A DNA stretch of 54,266 nt from Candidatus Thorarchaeota archaeon (GTDB lineage Archaea > Asgardarchaeota > Thorarchaeia > Thorarchaeales > Thorarchaeaceae): the NCBI GenBank assembly GCA_019894665.1, contig JAGXOC010000005.1:6724-60989 (forward strand), in the 5' to 3' direction. The translations under genes were made by a program, and so were the position numbers. Each line of letters opens with the position of its first letter. Positions within the stretch are counted from its first letter, which is position 1. The notes under the pieces were generated by a model that was not told the DNA's origin, did not search any database, and saw only the letters and a program-made list of their open reading frames with translations. Below, in pieces: positions 44,680 through 54,265 of this stretch.

Positions 44680-45212
44680 CTCTGGCTCTTGTCGTGCGAA
44701 ATCCGGTGGATTTCTTATAAGTTATTCTATGTACATAGAATAGTTGACGCCTCAAAATCCGGGCGAAGGACTTATGTTGGTATGTTGCGTATATTATCTT
44801 GGACGATTGGCTGATACCCTTTTGCTCCGTGCATCGTGGAAATGATGCAGCCATGTTGAATCGGCATATACGAATGTCCTCTGCAGGGAAATTCGGATCT
44901 CTCACCCCCGAGGGTTCAGAGAAGTGTCTTGACAACGTGTGAATTGGAGCGCCACTCATGTTCAAAATAACAAAAGAGGGTGGACCTCGAGCCCGCAAAA
45001 TGGGCACAAAGTCTTAGGTGTCTGCCATCGTCCACCTCATTTTGAGATTTCCAATTATTAGCTAAGAATTATTAGGGATTTATTCCACCACGAGAAACAG
45101 CAGTACCCTCAAGATTAATTGAATCACAATCTATAGAGTTCCAGACATAGCTTTGCGACCCCTGAGGAAGATTCTACTTTTGAAGACCTGCAAATGTAAG
45201 AAGTGAGCGATC

Positions 45213-45635
45213 ATGGGATATCAAGAGAGAGAGCCGATTGAGGCTCATATTTCAGAACTCAAACCAAGAATGAAGAGCGTAAACATCTCATTCAAGGTCG
45301 TCGAAAAAGGTGAAGCCAGGGAAGTGACATCCAGAGCTGATGGAGAACAGCACCGCGTATGCGACACTGTTGTTGGTGATAGCACTGGTCTTGTGACAAT
45401 CCCCCTATGGGATGCTGCGATTGATGAAGTCGAGGCTGATAAGACCTATCGTCTTGAGAATGGTTACACTACCCTCTTTCAAGGACATCTTCGCCTCAGT
45501 ATAGGGCGCTACGGCACACTGAAAGAGGCTGAGGAAGCAATTGAAGAAGTCAACAGTGACGTTGATTTGAGCGCTGAAGAACACGAGCGCCGACCAAGTT
45601 ATGGCGGTGGAGACCGCGGTGGCGGTCGCTACTAA
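45213..45635 (+). CDS. ssb: Single OB-fold single-stranded DNA-binding protein with RGG tail
   Basis: ISELKP, VGDSTG, LWD, ENGYTTLFQGHLRL; C-terminal GGGDRGGGRY. Confidence 0.9.
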   Translation: MGYQEREPIEAHISELKPRMKSVNISFKVVEKGEAREVTSRADGEQHRVCDTVVGDSTGLVTIPLWDAAIDEVEADKTYRLENGYTTLFQGHLRLSIGRYGTLKEAEEAIEEVNSDVDLSAEEHERRPSYGGGDRGGGRY

Positions 45636-45636
45636 T

Positions 45637-45702
45637 CCGAGTTCAGAATCATTCTATTTCGGGTGACATTACCATTGGTAGCGTCTGCCCATTTTTCTTT
45701 TT
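45637..45702 (+). terminator. Hairpin(s) plus T-tract after ssb
   Basis: GGGTGACATTACC/GGTAGCGTCTGCCC imperfect stem followed by TTTTTCTTTTT. Confidence 0.5.
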
Positions 45703-45950
45703 CATTTCAGACTTTCAGCAAGTAAGTCTACAACATCCACAACACGTATCGAGCTGTTAATCTGTTCTGCACCTGCGATGAGATTATGCTCACAGAATGG
45801 ACAAACAGTAGCGATTACTTCAGCATCAATTTCTTCTGCACTCTTCACTCTGTCCTCAGCAATCTTCTTGGACAATTCAACGTCATAAGAACGCAGACCT
45901 CCACCTGCACCGCAGCACATTGCAGCCTCTCTGGTAGTTTCCATTGCCAC
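45702..45950 (-). pseudogene. C-terminal fragment of a CCG-domain (HdrB/D, GlpC-like) Fe-S oxidoreductase
   Basis: CCGAGGG and TVCPFC present, but the upstream HDxC part is absent; in-frame TGA immediately before the GTG. Confidence 0.65.
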
Positions 45951-45967
45951 TCATTCTCCTTTTAGAT

Positions 45968-46294
45968 CTAGAAAATGTGTCTTATCTTCATTAAATCGGA
46001 TGTTGACCCTTTCACCTTTAACTTCCGTTTGAAGAGCGCTGAGGTTGCACTCATTTCTTCGAGGAAAAGCTTTCGAATTGTTACTTCATCACTCTGAATT
46101 CTCATGTCTGGATTTTCTAACAGTCCTTCATGAACTGTGATATTGTTGTCCTTGACAACAAAGTGATATTCCGATCCTTCCTTCAAGGTAAGTTGTGCTG
46201 TTCGTTCCCATCCCTCGATGGCATCTTTAGTCTCTTCTCGTTCAAGTCCAATTGCGATTCGTTCTCGCATAAGTTTTAGCAGGTCTTGGGTCAT
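45968..46294 (-). CDS. SCP2 sterol-binding/lipid-transfer domain protein
   Basis: PDxxI..D...LF..A.F..KLKVKG...L pattern. Confidence 0.85.
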   Translation of the reverse strand: MTQDLLKLMRERIAIGLEREETKDAIEGWERTAQLTLKEGSEYHFVVKDNNITVHEGLLENPDMRIQSDEVTIRKLFLEEMSATSALFKRKLKVKGSTSDLMKIRHIF

Positions 46295-46376
46295 CTCTTA
46301 GCACTCCAATGTCCACGAGCAGGCTAAGGGCTAGATTTAGTTGTTTCCTTTCTGAACCGGTGATGTTCTAGATAAT

Positions 46377-46649
46377 TTATTCATCCCATTTTAATACTTC
46401 AATAAATTCAATTCCAACTCTATGCTCTCCATCAGGAAAATCAAAGGTGTTAAGTTTCACTTTGATTCTTCTCCCGCACACACCGACCATGTACATTGTT
46501 AAATGAACAGGGTCATACTCCTCAAGCACTTCTCTCAGTTTGAATATTTTCTTGTTTCCAGCATTGTTAAGGGCAAACTTCTCAAGTTCACCGAACTTTT
46601 TCTTTTCAATTGCTTTTACTAGTTTCTCTTTATCATATCCTTCTATCAT
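46377..46649 (-). CDS. Hypothetical protein (90 aa)
   Basis: ATGA overlap with the eda stop suggests translational coupling; no recognised motif. Confidence 0.55.
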   Translation of the reverse strand: MIEGYDKEKLVKAIEKKKFGELEKFALNNAGNKKIFKLREVLEEYDPVHLTMYMVGVCGRRIKVKLNTFDFPDGEHRVGIEFIEVLKWDE

Positions 46650-47344
46650 TCTAGTCGTATCTCCTTACCACTTGTGATTTTGAGGAAGCAATCCTCACTT
46701 CTGTATGCCTTTACAATATCAAGGAATTTTCTGACGTTCTCTGTAATCACTTCAAACCTACCTTCCTTGATTGCATTCTTGTCGGTAATGGCTCCACCTA
46801 CCCCAAGCGCATAGGCACCTGCTTCAAGCATAGGTCCTGCTGTGTCAAGATTCACGCCGCCGGTTGGAACAAGTGGAATCTGTGGTAACGGACCTCTGAT
46901 AGCTTTTAGATATGTAGCTCCCCCCACCGTGCCACAGGGGAAAACCTTCACAGCATCTGCTCCCAAAGTGTATGCATTATAGATCTCTGTAGGAGTGAGT
47001 GCTCCGGGGATGATAGGTTTGGAATGCTTAATGGCAGTTTCAATCAGGTCTCGCGAATAATTCGGACTCACGATGAACGCACTACCAGCTTTGATTACTT
47101 CTTCTGCCATTTTCCCATCAACAACTGTACCTGTTCCAATCAGGACCTTGTCTCCAAATTGCTCGACGAGCTGTTTCACGACATCGATTGCACCTGGGAC
47201 GCTCATGGTCACCTCAATAATGTTTACGTCTCCTTCTAGAAAGGCATCAGCCACATTGAATGCAATATCTGCAGACTCGACCCGGATTATCGGAATGAGA
47301 CCGGTGTCATAGATCAGTTTCATCGCTTTTTCTTTTGTCCACAT
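46646..47344 (-). CDS. eda: KDPG/KHG aldolase
   Basis: IIR, IEVT, IGTGTV, VSPN, GALTPTE, VKVFP (Schiff-base Lys) and VPTGGV motifs. Confidence 0.94.
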   Translation of the reverse strand: MWTKEKAMKLIYDTGLIPIIRVESADIAFNVADAFLEGDVNIIEVTMSVPGAIDVVKQLVEQFGDKVLIGTGTVVDGKMAEEVIKAGSAFIVSPNYSRDLIETAIKHSKPIIPGALTPTEIYNAYTLGADAVKVFPCGTVGGATYLKAIRGPLPQIPLVPTGGVNLDTAGPMLEAGAYALGVGGAITDKNAIKEGRFEVITENVRKFLDIVKAYRSEDCFLKITSGKEIRLE

Positions 47345-47350
47345 CTTGGC

Positions 47351-48346
47351 TCACCTATCGATACGAAGGCCTCTCTCGCGGCCCTTGATTAACTTCTCAA
47401 CCTCTGACTTGTAAACGAAGGCTAGATCTCCAGGAACCGAGTGTTTCAATGCGGAGAATGCTGAACCAAAATCAACTGCTTTCTGCAGGTCCTTCAACTC
47501 AAGATATCCATAGATGAATCCTGCACTACAGGAGTCACCTCCGCCTAGACGGTCCACAACTTCCACATCATAGACTGGACTCTTGTAGACTTTACCATCA
47601 GAATATGCAAAGACTGACCATTTATTCAGCAAGACTGAAGGAGTTTCTCTGAGTGTGATTACAACGACCTCGAATCCAAACTTGTCTATTAGTTTGGCAG
47701 CCACATCTTCGTAGTCCTTTCCTTCAATACCGTAGACTACCTTCGTGTCTTCTTCAGTAGTGATTAATATATCAATGAACTCAGATGCTGGCTCTGTGAA
47801 CTTCTGGGCTTCCTTGGGAGTCCATAGTTTTCCTCGGTAGTTGACGTCGTAAGATATCTTTGCACCTTGCTCCTTTGCGACTCTGAGTGCTTCGCTTGTT
47901 GCATCTGCACAACTGGAACTTAGCGCAGGAGTGATCCCACTGGTGTGGAACACTTTGGTCTCTTTCAGGACCTTCTTCCAGTCAACTTCTCCCGGTTTTA
48001 TCCTACTGATAGCGGACTCCTTGCGATCATAGATCACGCGATTAGTTCTAGGAGCCGCTCCAAACTCAACAAAGTAGACTCCACATCGACTGTCTGGATC
48101 CCAGAGAATGTGGGATGTATCAACTCCATGCTCTCGAGCCTTGTTTCGGATGAAATGTCCGATGGAGTTGTCTCCTAGCTTGGTGACATATGCTGAGTTC
48201 AACTCTAATCTCGCACAGGCCACTGCTACGTTCATCTCTGCACCACCTGCATGAGCATTGAAACTCTCAGTCTGTTCAAATCGCTTAAAGTCTGGAGGGG
48301 AGAGGCGAAGCATCACTTCTCCAAAGGTAACAACGTCATAACCCAT
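47351..48346 (-). CDS. kdgK: PfkB-family 2-keto-3-deoxygluconate kinase-like sugar kinase
   Basis: FGEVMLRLSP, GGAExNVA, SGITPALS, DVNYRxKLW and VDRLGGGDS motifs. Confidence 0.9.
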   Translation of the reverse strand: MGYDVVTFGEVMLRLSPPDFKRFEQTESFNAHAGGAEMNVAVACARLELNSAYVTKLGDNSIGHFIRNKAREHGVDTSHILWDPDSRCGVYFVEFGAAPRTNRVIYDRKESAISRIKPGEVDWKKVLKETKVFHTSGITPALSSSCADATSEALRVAKEQGAKISYDVNYRGKLWTPKEAQKFTEPASEFIDILITTEEDTKVVYGIEGKDYEDVAAKLIDKFGFEVVVITLRETPSVLLNKWSVFAYSDGKVYKSPVYDVEVVDRLGGGDSCSAGFIYGYLELKDLQKAVDFGSAFSALKHSVPGDLAFVYKSEVEKLIKGRERGLRIDR

Positions 48347-48420
48347 CTGTCACAACTCAACGTGTTTAACAAGTGAATACATACGCTTCGAAATGTTAAA
48401 TCTACCGTTGAGACTGGTCT

Positions 48421-50733
48421 TCATGAGAATTCAGTTCGTGCTATCACTTCATCTTGCACGAATGGATCTAGCTCAATGAAATATGCACTGTATCCCGCGA
48501 CCCGGACAATCAGGTCTCTGTGTTGTAGGGGGTTCACTTTGGCATCTTCTAGGGTCGCTCGTGATACCACGTTGTATTGAACGTGGAATCCCCCCATACC
48601 AAAGTACGTGTCAACCATGCTGATGAATTTCTTTCTTCTCGATTCAGTATCAAAAAAGTCGGGTGTGAATTTCATGTTGTAGAGGGTGCCATTGTAGCAC
48701 AAGGCATGATCAAGCCTAGCAACTGATTTCATGGCTGCAGTAGGTCCGTTAATATCCCTATTCTGAGTGGGTGAAACGCCATCTGAAATCATGTAACCCG
48801 CTTTGCGGCCATCTGGTGTTGCTCCAAGGACTTCTCCCTGTGGAATATACATGGACACGGAGAAGAGAGCTCCATGATATGGACCGTTCCTTGTTGTCAT
48901 CCTACTCTGAATCGAATTACAAAAGGCTCTCCCGGTATCTCTAGCAAGAAAGTCCACTCTCTCAATGTCATTACCATACTTTGATGAATCGTTCTCGAAT
49001 TTGACCCTAAGTTCTTCATGGTCCTTATAGTCGTTGGCGAGAATCTGAAGGAATTTATCCATCGATATCTCGTTCTCTTCAAAGACAAATTTTCGGAGAA
49101 CTTCAAGCGAATCCGCTACGATTGCGATTCCGACTCCCATGATTCCTCCTGAGTTGTAGAGAACTCCACCGTCCTGCATGGTCTTTCCAGACTCATTGCA
49201 CCCTTCAAGAAGAGAGGAGATGAACGGTGTTGGTGTGTGCTCTGATATGATGCCTGCTGCAATCCTATCTGCGCTTGTCAACATCTCAATGGTGTAGTCG
49301 ATCTGTTCCTCGAAAGATAGCCATAGGTCATCAAATGCTTTGAAACTTCGAGGGTCTCCGGTTTCCCTCCCAACCAGTTCACTTGTCTTTGGGTCCCTTC
49401 CATTGTTCAATGTAACCTCGAGTATCTTTGGTAGGTTGACATACCCAATATTCTGTCGAGGATCTGACTTACCACCAATGATTGGTTCAACACATCCGAG
49501 TACTGAATACTCATGGACGTCTGATGGGTCGGTACCCTTCTCAAGCATCATTGGAATAATCTCATCGTCATTGAACAGACCCGGGATTCCAAGACCCTTT
49601 GAGATCACATCGACTACGTGAAGTTTGATGTCTTCAGGTGTGTTCTTGTGCCATCGGAAAGAAACACTCGGTTGAGTTACTCTGATGTTTGCAGTAGCTT
49701 GGAGGATCAATCTTGTGAGGTCATTAGATGCATCTGTCCCATCTGCATTCTGCCCCCCAATAGTGAGGTTTTGGAACATCGGATGGCCTGCAAACGCAAT
49801 GCTGTAGTACTCATTTCTAATCTTGATTAGTGAGGTCAGTTTGACCCAAAGCACCTCAAGAAGTTCCAATGCATACTCCTTGCCTATCCCTCCACTCTTA
49901 ATGTTTGAATCATAGAATGGATAGACGTATTGATCAAACCTGCCTGTAGATATGGAATGTCCATTAGACTCGGTCTGGATCAGTAAATGGATAAACCAGA
50001 ACGACTGGAGTGCCTCCTGGAATGACTTTGCTGGTTCAGCTGGAACTTTCTGACAAATGCGCGCTATCTCTAGTAACTCACCTTTTCGGATTTCATCCGA
50101 TTCCTTTTCTGCTAACTCACCTGCTAATTGGGAGAAACGTTCTGCGAATCTGATGACTGCAGTTATCTCGGTTCTGACAGCCTCATAATAATCGCCATCT
50201 TTCCCCTCTATCTCATCAAGGATTCCCCCTAAACCATTCCTCAGGACTTTCTCATAGTCTACAATGACATGTCCAATCCCTGTTCCTGGAGCACCAATCG
50301 TGAATAAGCCTGCTTTGGATGCTTGAATTGATTTCTTCGGCATAGCTGTTCCAGCAATTTCTGCTGTGCTCTTGTCCTTCCAGAAGGTGAAGACTTCGCG
50401 GAGATTTTTCTTGTCTTCATTACTGATTGAGAACCGCTCAGTCCTTCTCTTGTCAAACTTATCGAGCTCTTCCTCAATCCATATCCAGCTATACTCTGGA
50501 AACACCTGACAAGAACGAGGAGTGGGCCCCATGTTACCAACGATCAATTCCTCCGGCTCTATTCTGATTGTTATATTATCCAGAACATGAGCAAAAGCAC
50601 CAGCGAAGCGTAGCATTGCAGGCTCAGACCAATTCTCCTTAACGTACTCAGTGAAAAGGACAGCTCGCTCCGATGAGATCGTAGGCTCGGAATCAAGCAT
50701 CATTTGCTTGAGTCGTTTACTCCGGGATGTCAT
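48421..50733 (-). CDS. Glycyl radical enzyme (PFL2/diol-dehydratase-like eliminase)
   Basis: RVAGYSAYF glycyl loop, GCVEP Cys loop, ESNGHSISxGRFDQ and ATPDGR motifs. Confidence 0.95.
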   Translation of the reverse strand: MTSRSKRLKQMMLDSEPTISSERAVLFTEYVKENWSEPAMLRFAGAFAHVLDNITIRIEPEELIVGNMGPTPRSCQVFPEYSWIWIEEELDKFDKRRTERFSISNEDKKNLREVFTFWKDKSTAEIAGTAMPKKSIQASKAGLFTIGAPGTGIGHVIVDYEKVLRNGLGGILDEIEGKDGDYYEAVRTEITAVIRFAERFSQLAGELAEKESDEIRKGELLEIARICQKVPAEPAKSFQEALQSFWFIHLLIQTESNGHSISTGRFDQYVYPFYDSNIKSGGIGKEYALELLEVLWVKLTSLIKIRNEYYSIAFAGHPMFQNLTIGGQNADGTDASNDLTRLILQATANIRVTQPSVSFRWHKNTPEDIKLHVVDVISKGLGIPGLFNDDEIIPMMLEKGTDPSDVHEYSVLGCVEPIIGGKSDPRQNIGYVNLPKILEVTLNNGRDPKTSELVGRETGDPRSFKAFDDLWLSFEEQIDYTIEMLTSADRIAAGIISEHTPTPFISSLLEGCNESGKTMQDGGVLYNSGGIMGVGIAIVADSLEVLRKFVFEENEISMDKFLQILANDYKDHEELRVKFENDSSKYGNDIERVDFLARDTGRAFCNSIQSRMTTRNGPYHGALFSVSMYIPQGEVLGATPDGRKAGYMISDGVSPTQNRDINGPTAAMKSVARLDHALCYNGTLYNMKFTPDFFDTESRRKKFISMVDTYFGMGGFHVQYNVVSRATLEDAKVNPLQHRDLIVRVAGYSAYFIELDPFVQDEVIARTEFS

Positions 50734-50782
50734 CTCTTACCCTACAGCTTTTTCCATTCATTACTGTTCGCATCTGACATAA

Positions 50783-51952
50783 CTAAGGCAGTAATTTCGG
50801 TAGATAGCTATCCAGTATGCTCAGGGCTTCATTGATTCTCTCAGTCGAAACAGCATAACAGAGTCTGAGGAATCCTTCTCCGTATTCTCCAAAGGCTGTC
50901 CCATGTATAGTGACCACTTTTGTGTCCTTCAGGATTTTATGAACAAGATCGAATGATTTCATACCATAGGCTGACACGTCTGGAAATGCGTAAAATGCAC
51001 CTCCAGGAGGTTGCATATCAACACCCTCAATGTCATCGAGTCCTTTTGTGATCAGGTCCCGTCGCTTCCGAAATGTCTGAAGCATTTCATCAACACAGTC
51101 TTGAGGACCAATAGCTGCGGCCTCTGCTGCTTTTTGTGAAATTGAAGTTGGCATTGCTATGATGTGTTCTTGCAATTTAGTCATTGCACTGATGATTTTG
51201 CTAGAACCCGTTGCTACAGCGATACGCCATCCTGTCATTGCATATGTTTTTGAGAATGAGAAAATTGAAACTGTTCTCTCTTTCATTCCAGGGAGTGAAC
51301 CTATGAATAGGGGGTCTTCATCTACATATCTGAATTTCTCATAAGCCTCATCAGCAATCACATAGATGTCGTTCTCGATGCACAATTCTGCAATTCTTTT
51401 CAATTCTTTATTGGTAATGACACCACCCGTGGGGTTGTTCGGTGAGTTGAGGACAATCATCTTTGTCTTGGGTGTTATCTTCCTTTCAACGTCTTCTGCA
51501 GTGAAACCGAATCTGTGCTCCTTCTTCAATTGAACTGGAACTGGGACTCCATATGCGAGTTTGATTTGAGCAAAGTGGCTCACAAAACCCGGGTCTGGGT
51601 AAATCACTTCATCACCTGGATTCACAAGGACCAAGTTTGCGAGAACGAGAGCCCCCATCCCTCCTGCTGTGCAGACCAGTTCAGATTCAGGGTCCGCAAC
51701 GATGTTATTGTCGCGCTTCAACTTCTTTGCAAGCGCTTCTCTGACCTCAATGTAACCCGCATTGTGGGTGTAAGTTGTGAAGCCATCATCGATTGCTTTC
51801 TTTGCAGCTTCCTTGATGTGCTCAGGTGTGTCAAAATCAGGGATGCCAACAGTCATGTCATAGACATCAGTTCTTCCGATGATCTTGTTGAAGATCTTTC
51901 GGATTTCGCTAGCAGGAACGTCAATGTTTCTCTCAGCAAGCATCAGTACCAC
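50783..51952 (-). CDS. PLP-dependent class I/II aminotransferase
   Basis: GxPDFDTP, NSPNNPTG, DEAY, SFSKTYAMTGWR motifs. Confidence 0.94.
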   Translation of the reverse strand: MVLMLAERNIDVPASEIRKIFNKIIGRTDVYDMTVGIPDFDTPEHIKEAAKKAIDDGFTTYTHNAGYIEVREALAKKLKRDNNIVADPESELVCTAGGMGALVLANLVLVNPGDEVIYPDPGFVSHFAQIKLAYGVPVPVQLKKEHRFGFTAEDVERKITPKTKMIVLNSPNNPTGGVITNKELKRIAELCIENDIYVIADEAYEKFRYVDEDPLFIGSLPGMKERTVSIFSFSKTYAMTGWRIAVATGSSKIISAMTKLQEHIIAMPTSISQKAAEAAAIGPQDCVDEMLQTFRKRRDLITKGLDDIEGVDMQPPGGAFYAFPDVSAYGMKSFDLVHKILKDTKVVTIHGTAFGEYGEGFLRLCYAVSTERINEALSILDSYLPKLLP

Positions 51953-52097
51953 CTGTCTGAATCTGCTGGATAATCCCCAGTTAAATAACCTCTCGAATGG
52001 ACCACTTTTGTTTAAGAAATTACATAACCAGTTCTCAGAGGAGTTTTAAGATACATTTCTATTCCTCTGTACAACTCTCAACGGATAGTGTTGTGTT

Positions 52098-52571
52098 ATG
52101 TCAGATCCAAGTGCAGATGATGTTCGAAGAGCCAACATGAATACACTCGCTGCCACACATGTAATCTATGTAGAAGCAATTCGTAGATTGATGGGCGATG
52201 AAGGATTGAAAGCCATCGGTGAGGTTAATCGGCTCCATGGTCTAAAACTGGGCAAAGATGGTATTGAACAGGGCTCTCTGCGGAAAGGAGACCTTCGTTC
52301 TATTTTCGACTTCTTTGATGGTGCTCATCCATTCTTTGGATTTGAACTATCGATAGGCACCTCGACTGACAAGAGCTTCAACCTAAAGGTGACGTATTGC
52401 CCATGGATAGAGTCATTCAAGACTCAAGATGCTGGATCGGACATTTGCGAACATGTGACCAAGATAGATGAGGGAATAGGTCAGGTTGTAGACCCTGATG
52501 TATCAATGTCAATTCCAAAATGTATGATGCGTGGCGATGATCACTGCATCTATCGTTGGGAGAAGGAGTGA
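52098..52571 (+). CDS. L-2-amino-thiazoline-4-carboxylic acid hydrolase / V4R-like small-ligand-binding protein
   Basis: CPW...C...D...C.MRGDDxCxY pattern. Confidence 0.7.
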   Translation: MSDPSADDVRRANMNTLAATHVIYVEAIRRLMGDEGLKAIGEVNRLHGLKLGKDGIEQGSLRKGDLRSIFDFFDGAHPFFGFELSIGTSTDKSFNLKVTYCPWIESFKTQDAGSDICEHVTKIDEGIGQVVDPDVSMSIPKCMMRGDDHCIYRWEKE

Positions 52572-52576
52572 ACCCT

Positions 52577-53245
52577 ATGACAACTGATAGGAACGCCATA
52601 ATTGATCGAACAATGAAACTCTATGTAGCTGCACTTTCTGACGCCGCAGATGAGATCGGTCTTGGAACAGTGTGTATGGACCGAGGTATAGTACCTCTTA
52701 CCAAGAATAAACGAATGGCCGGATTTGCGAGAACTGGAAAACTGACCCGTTCTCCTGCTACTCGACCCTATGATGAGAAGCAACTGGACATGTTCATGAG
52801 CCTTGGAACTGAGGCCGTGGACGGTGATTTACTCGTCATTGATATGGCTGGTGCAACTGATTGCTCTGCTTGGGGTCAGATATTGACAAAGATTGGAATA
52901 TCAAAGGGAGTCCGAGGTGCGGTGGTTGATGGTACTTCAAGAGACATCCATGATATCGATAAGACGAATTTCACAGTTTTTGCTCGTGGTCGACATCCCG
53001 GCACCATGAGAGGTCGTTTAGACATGGAGTCTGTACAGAGTTCGATTACTTGTGGTGGTGTCACTGTTAATCCTGGCGACCTAATATTCGGGGATGATGA
53101 CGGAATCGTTGTGATTCCCGCTGATCGTATCGAAGAAGTTCTCACTCATGCAGAGGAAGTTGTAGCAACTGATGACTGGTGGTCTGAGAAACTAGATGAT
53201 GGTGAAGACCCCCACGATCTTCACAAAGAGAAACCTATCCCTTGA
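52577..53245 (+). CDS. RraA/HMG aldolase family protein
   Basis: LSDA, AWG.L, G..GAVVDGxxRD, V.PGDLIFGDDDGIVVIP motifs. Confidence 0.9.
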   Translation: MTTDRNAIIDRTMKLYVAALSDAADEIGLGTVCMDRGIVPLTKNKRMAGFARTGKLTRSPATRPYDEKQLDMFMSLGTEAVDGDLLVIDMAGATDCSAWGQILTKIGISKGVRGAVVDGTSRDIHDIDKTNFTVFARGRHPGTMRGRLDMESVQSSITCGGVTVNPGDLIFGDDDGIVVIPADRIEEVLTHAEEVVATDDWWSEKLDDGEDPHDLHKEKPIP

Positions 53246-53251
53246 TTCTCT

Positions 53252-54265
53252 TCATTTCAACGGATAGACGCCTCTCTTAGTGGCGTAATCATACAGCTCT
53301 AGGATCTTCTCCGGAGTAGACTCTGGTTGAATGTTATGTGCAGGAGCGAGGATGTAGCCTCCACCATGTGCCAGTGCATTTATTCGGGTGTCAACCTCTA
53401 CACGTACATCTTCAAGTGATCCTTGTGCAGCCATAGCATGCTGTAGGTCTATTCCTCCATGGAATGTCAGTCTATCCCCATAATTCTCCTTGAGCTCAGC
53501 TGATTCCATACCCTTTGCTAGAGGTTGGATTGGATTCAGGATGTCCACATCCACTTCAATCAGGTCCGGTATCAATTGTTCAATAGCTCCACATGAGTGA
53601 TAGAGAATCTTCACATGCGGTGCTCTCCGGTGGATGTCACTGTAGACCTTCTTGTGTCTATGTTTCACTAGAGACCTGTAAATCCTTGGATTGATGAGAA
53701 GTCCATCCTGATGACCTAAGTCATCACCGACTTGCACAATGTCTAGATATTCACCTACTTCATCCAATAGAACCCGGTTCATCTCAATTGCCAGTTCCAT
53801 GCTTTTGTCCATCATAGCCTCTGCTAGGTCTGGACGTCTTAGGAGGTCAACTAGGAACTTGTCAAAACCTCTCATATAATGAGCAGCTATCTCGAAAACT
53901 CCCCATGGTCCTCCTACCATACCCACAACTGCATAGTCAGTCTCCTTGTGAAGATGCTTTGCCCAATCTCGGACACCTTCCATTCTTGAGGGGTCATCTG
54001 GGTCAATCCACTCGAACTCTTTCACTTGTTCTACTTCTGTGAACTCAGCCCAAGGATAGTAGGTGACCTCGTCATATCCACCAATCAGTTTCATTCCGCA
54101 TTTGAACTCTGTTTCAGTAGACCCATCTGGAAGAGGTTGAGGTACAAAGCCTGCAGCAGGATTCATGTATACTCGCCTGAAGTCCACATTCAACCGTTTC
54201 AGCAGCTCTTCAGATGTTTTCCATGAAGCCATAATTCCCCATTCTTGGGTCTCGGGCGCTGTTAT
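53252..54265 (-). CDS. Uroporphyrinogen decarboxylase / MtaA-CmuA superfamily protein (5' partial)
   Basis: GDDLG.Q, YHSCG, LNPIQ, FHGGIDxQ and GGYILAPAHNIQ motifs; frame open to window edge. Confidence 0.85.
   Translation of the reverse strand: MTAPETQEWGIMASWKTSEELLKRLNVDFRRVYMNPAAGFVPQPLPDGSTETEFKCGMKLIGGYDEVTYYPWAEFTEVEQVKEFEWIDPDDPSRMEGVRDWAKHLHKETDYAVVGMVGGPWGVFEIAAHYMRGFDKFLVDLLRRPDLAEAMMDKSMELAIEMNRVLLDEVGEYLDIVQVGDDLGHQDGLLINPRIYRSLVKHRHKKVYSDIHRRAPHVKILYHSCGAIEQLIPDLIEVDVDILNPIQPLAKGMESAELKENYGDRLTFHGGIDLQHAMAAQGSLEDVRVEVDTRINALAHGGGYILAPAHNIQPESTPEKILELYDYATKRGVYPLK

Noticed and set aside
44680-45212. Long intergenic region as RNase P or SRP RNA
   Set aside because: The hallmark motifs (RNase P GAGGAAAGUCC and P4 partner; SRP helix-8 GNRA domain) were not found by eye.
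45951-45953. In-frame TGA before the CCG fragment as selenocysteine
   Set aside because: The position does not correspond to a Cys, and the upstream frame runs into the SCP2 gene within a few codons.
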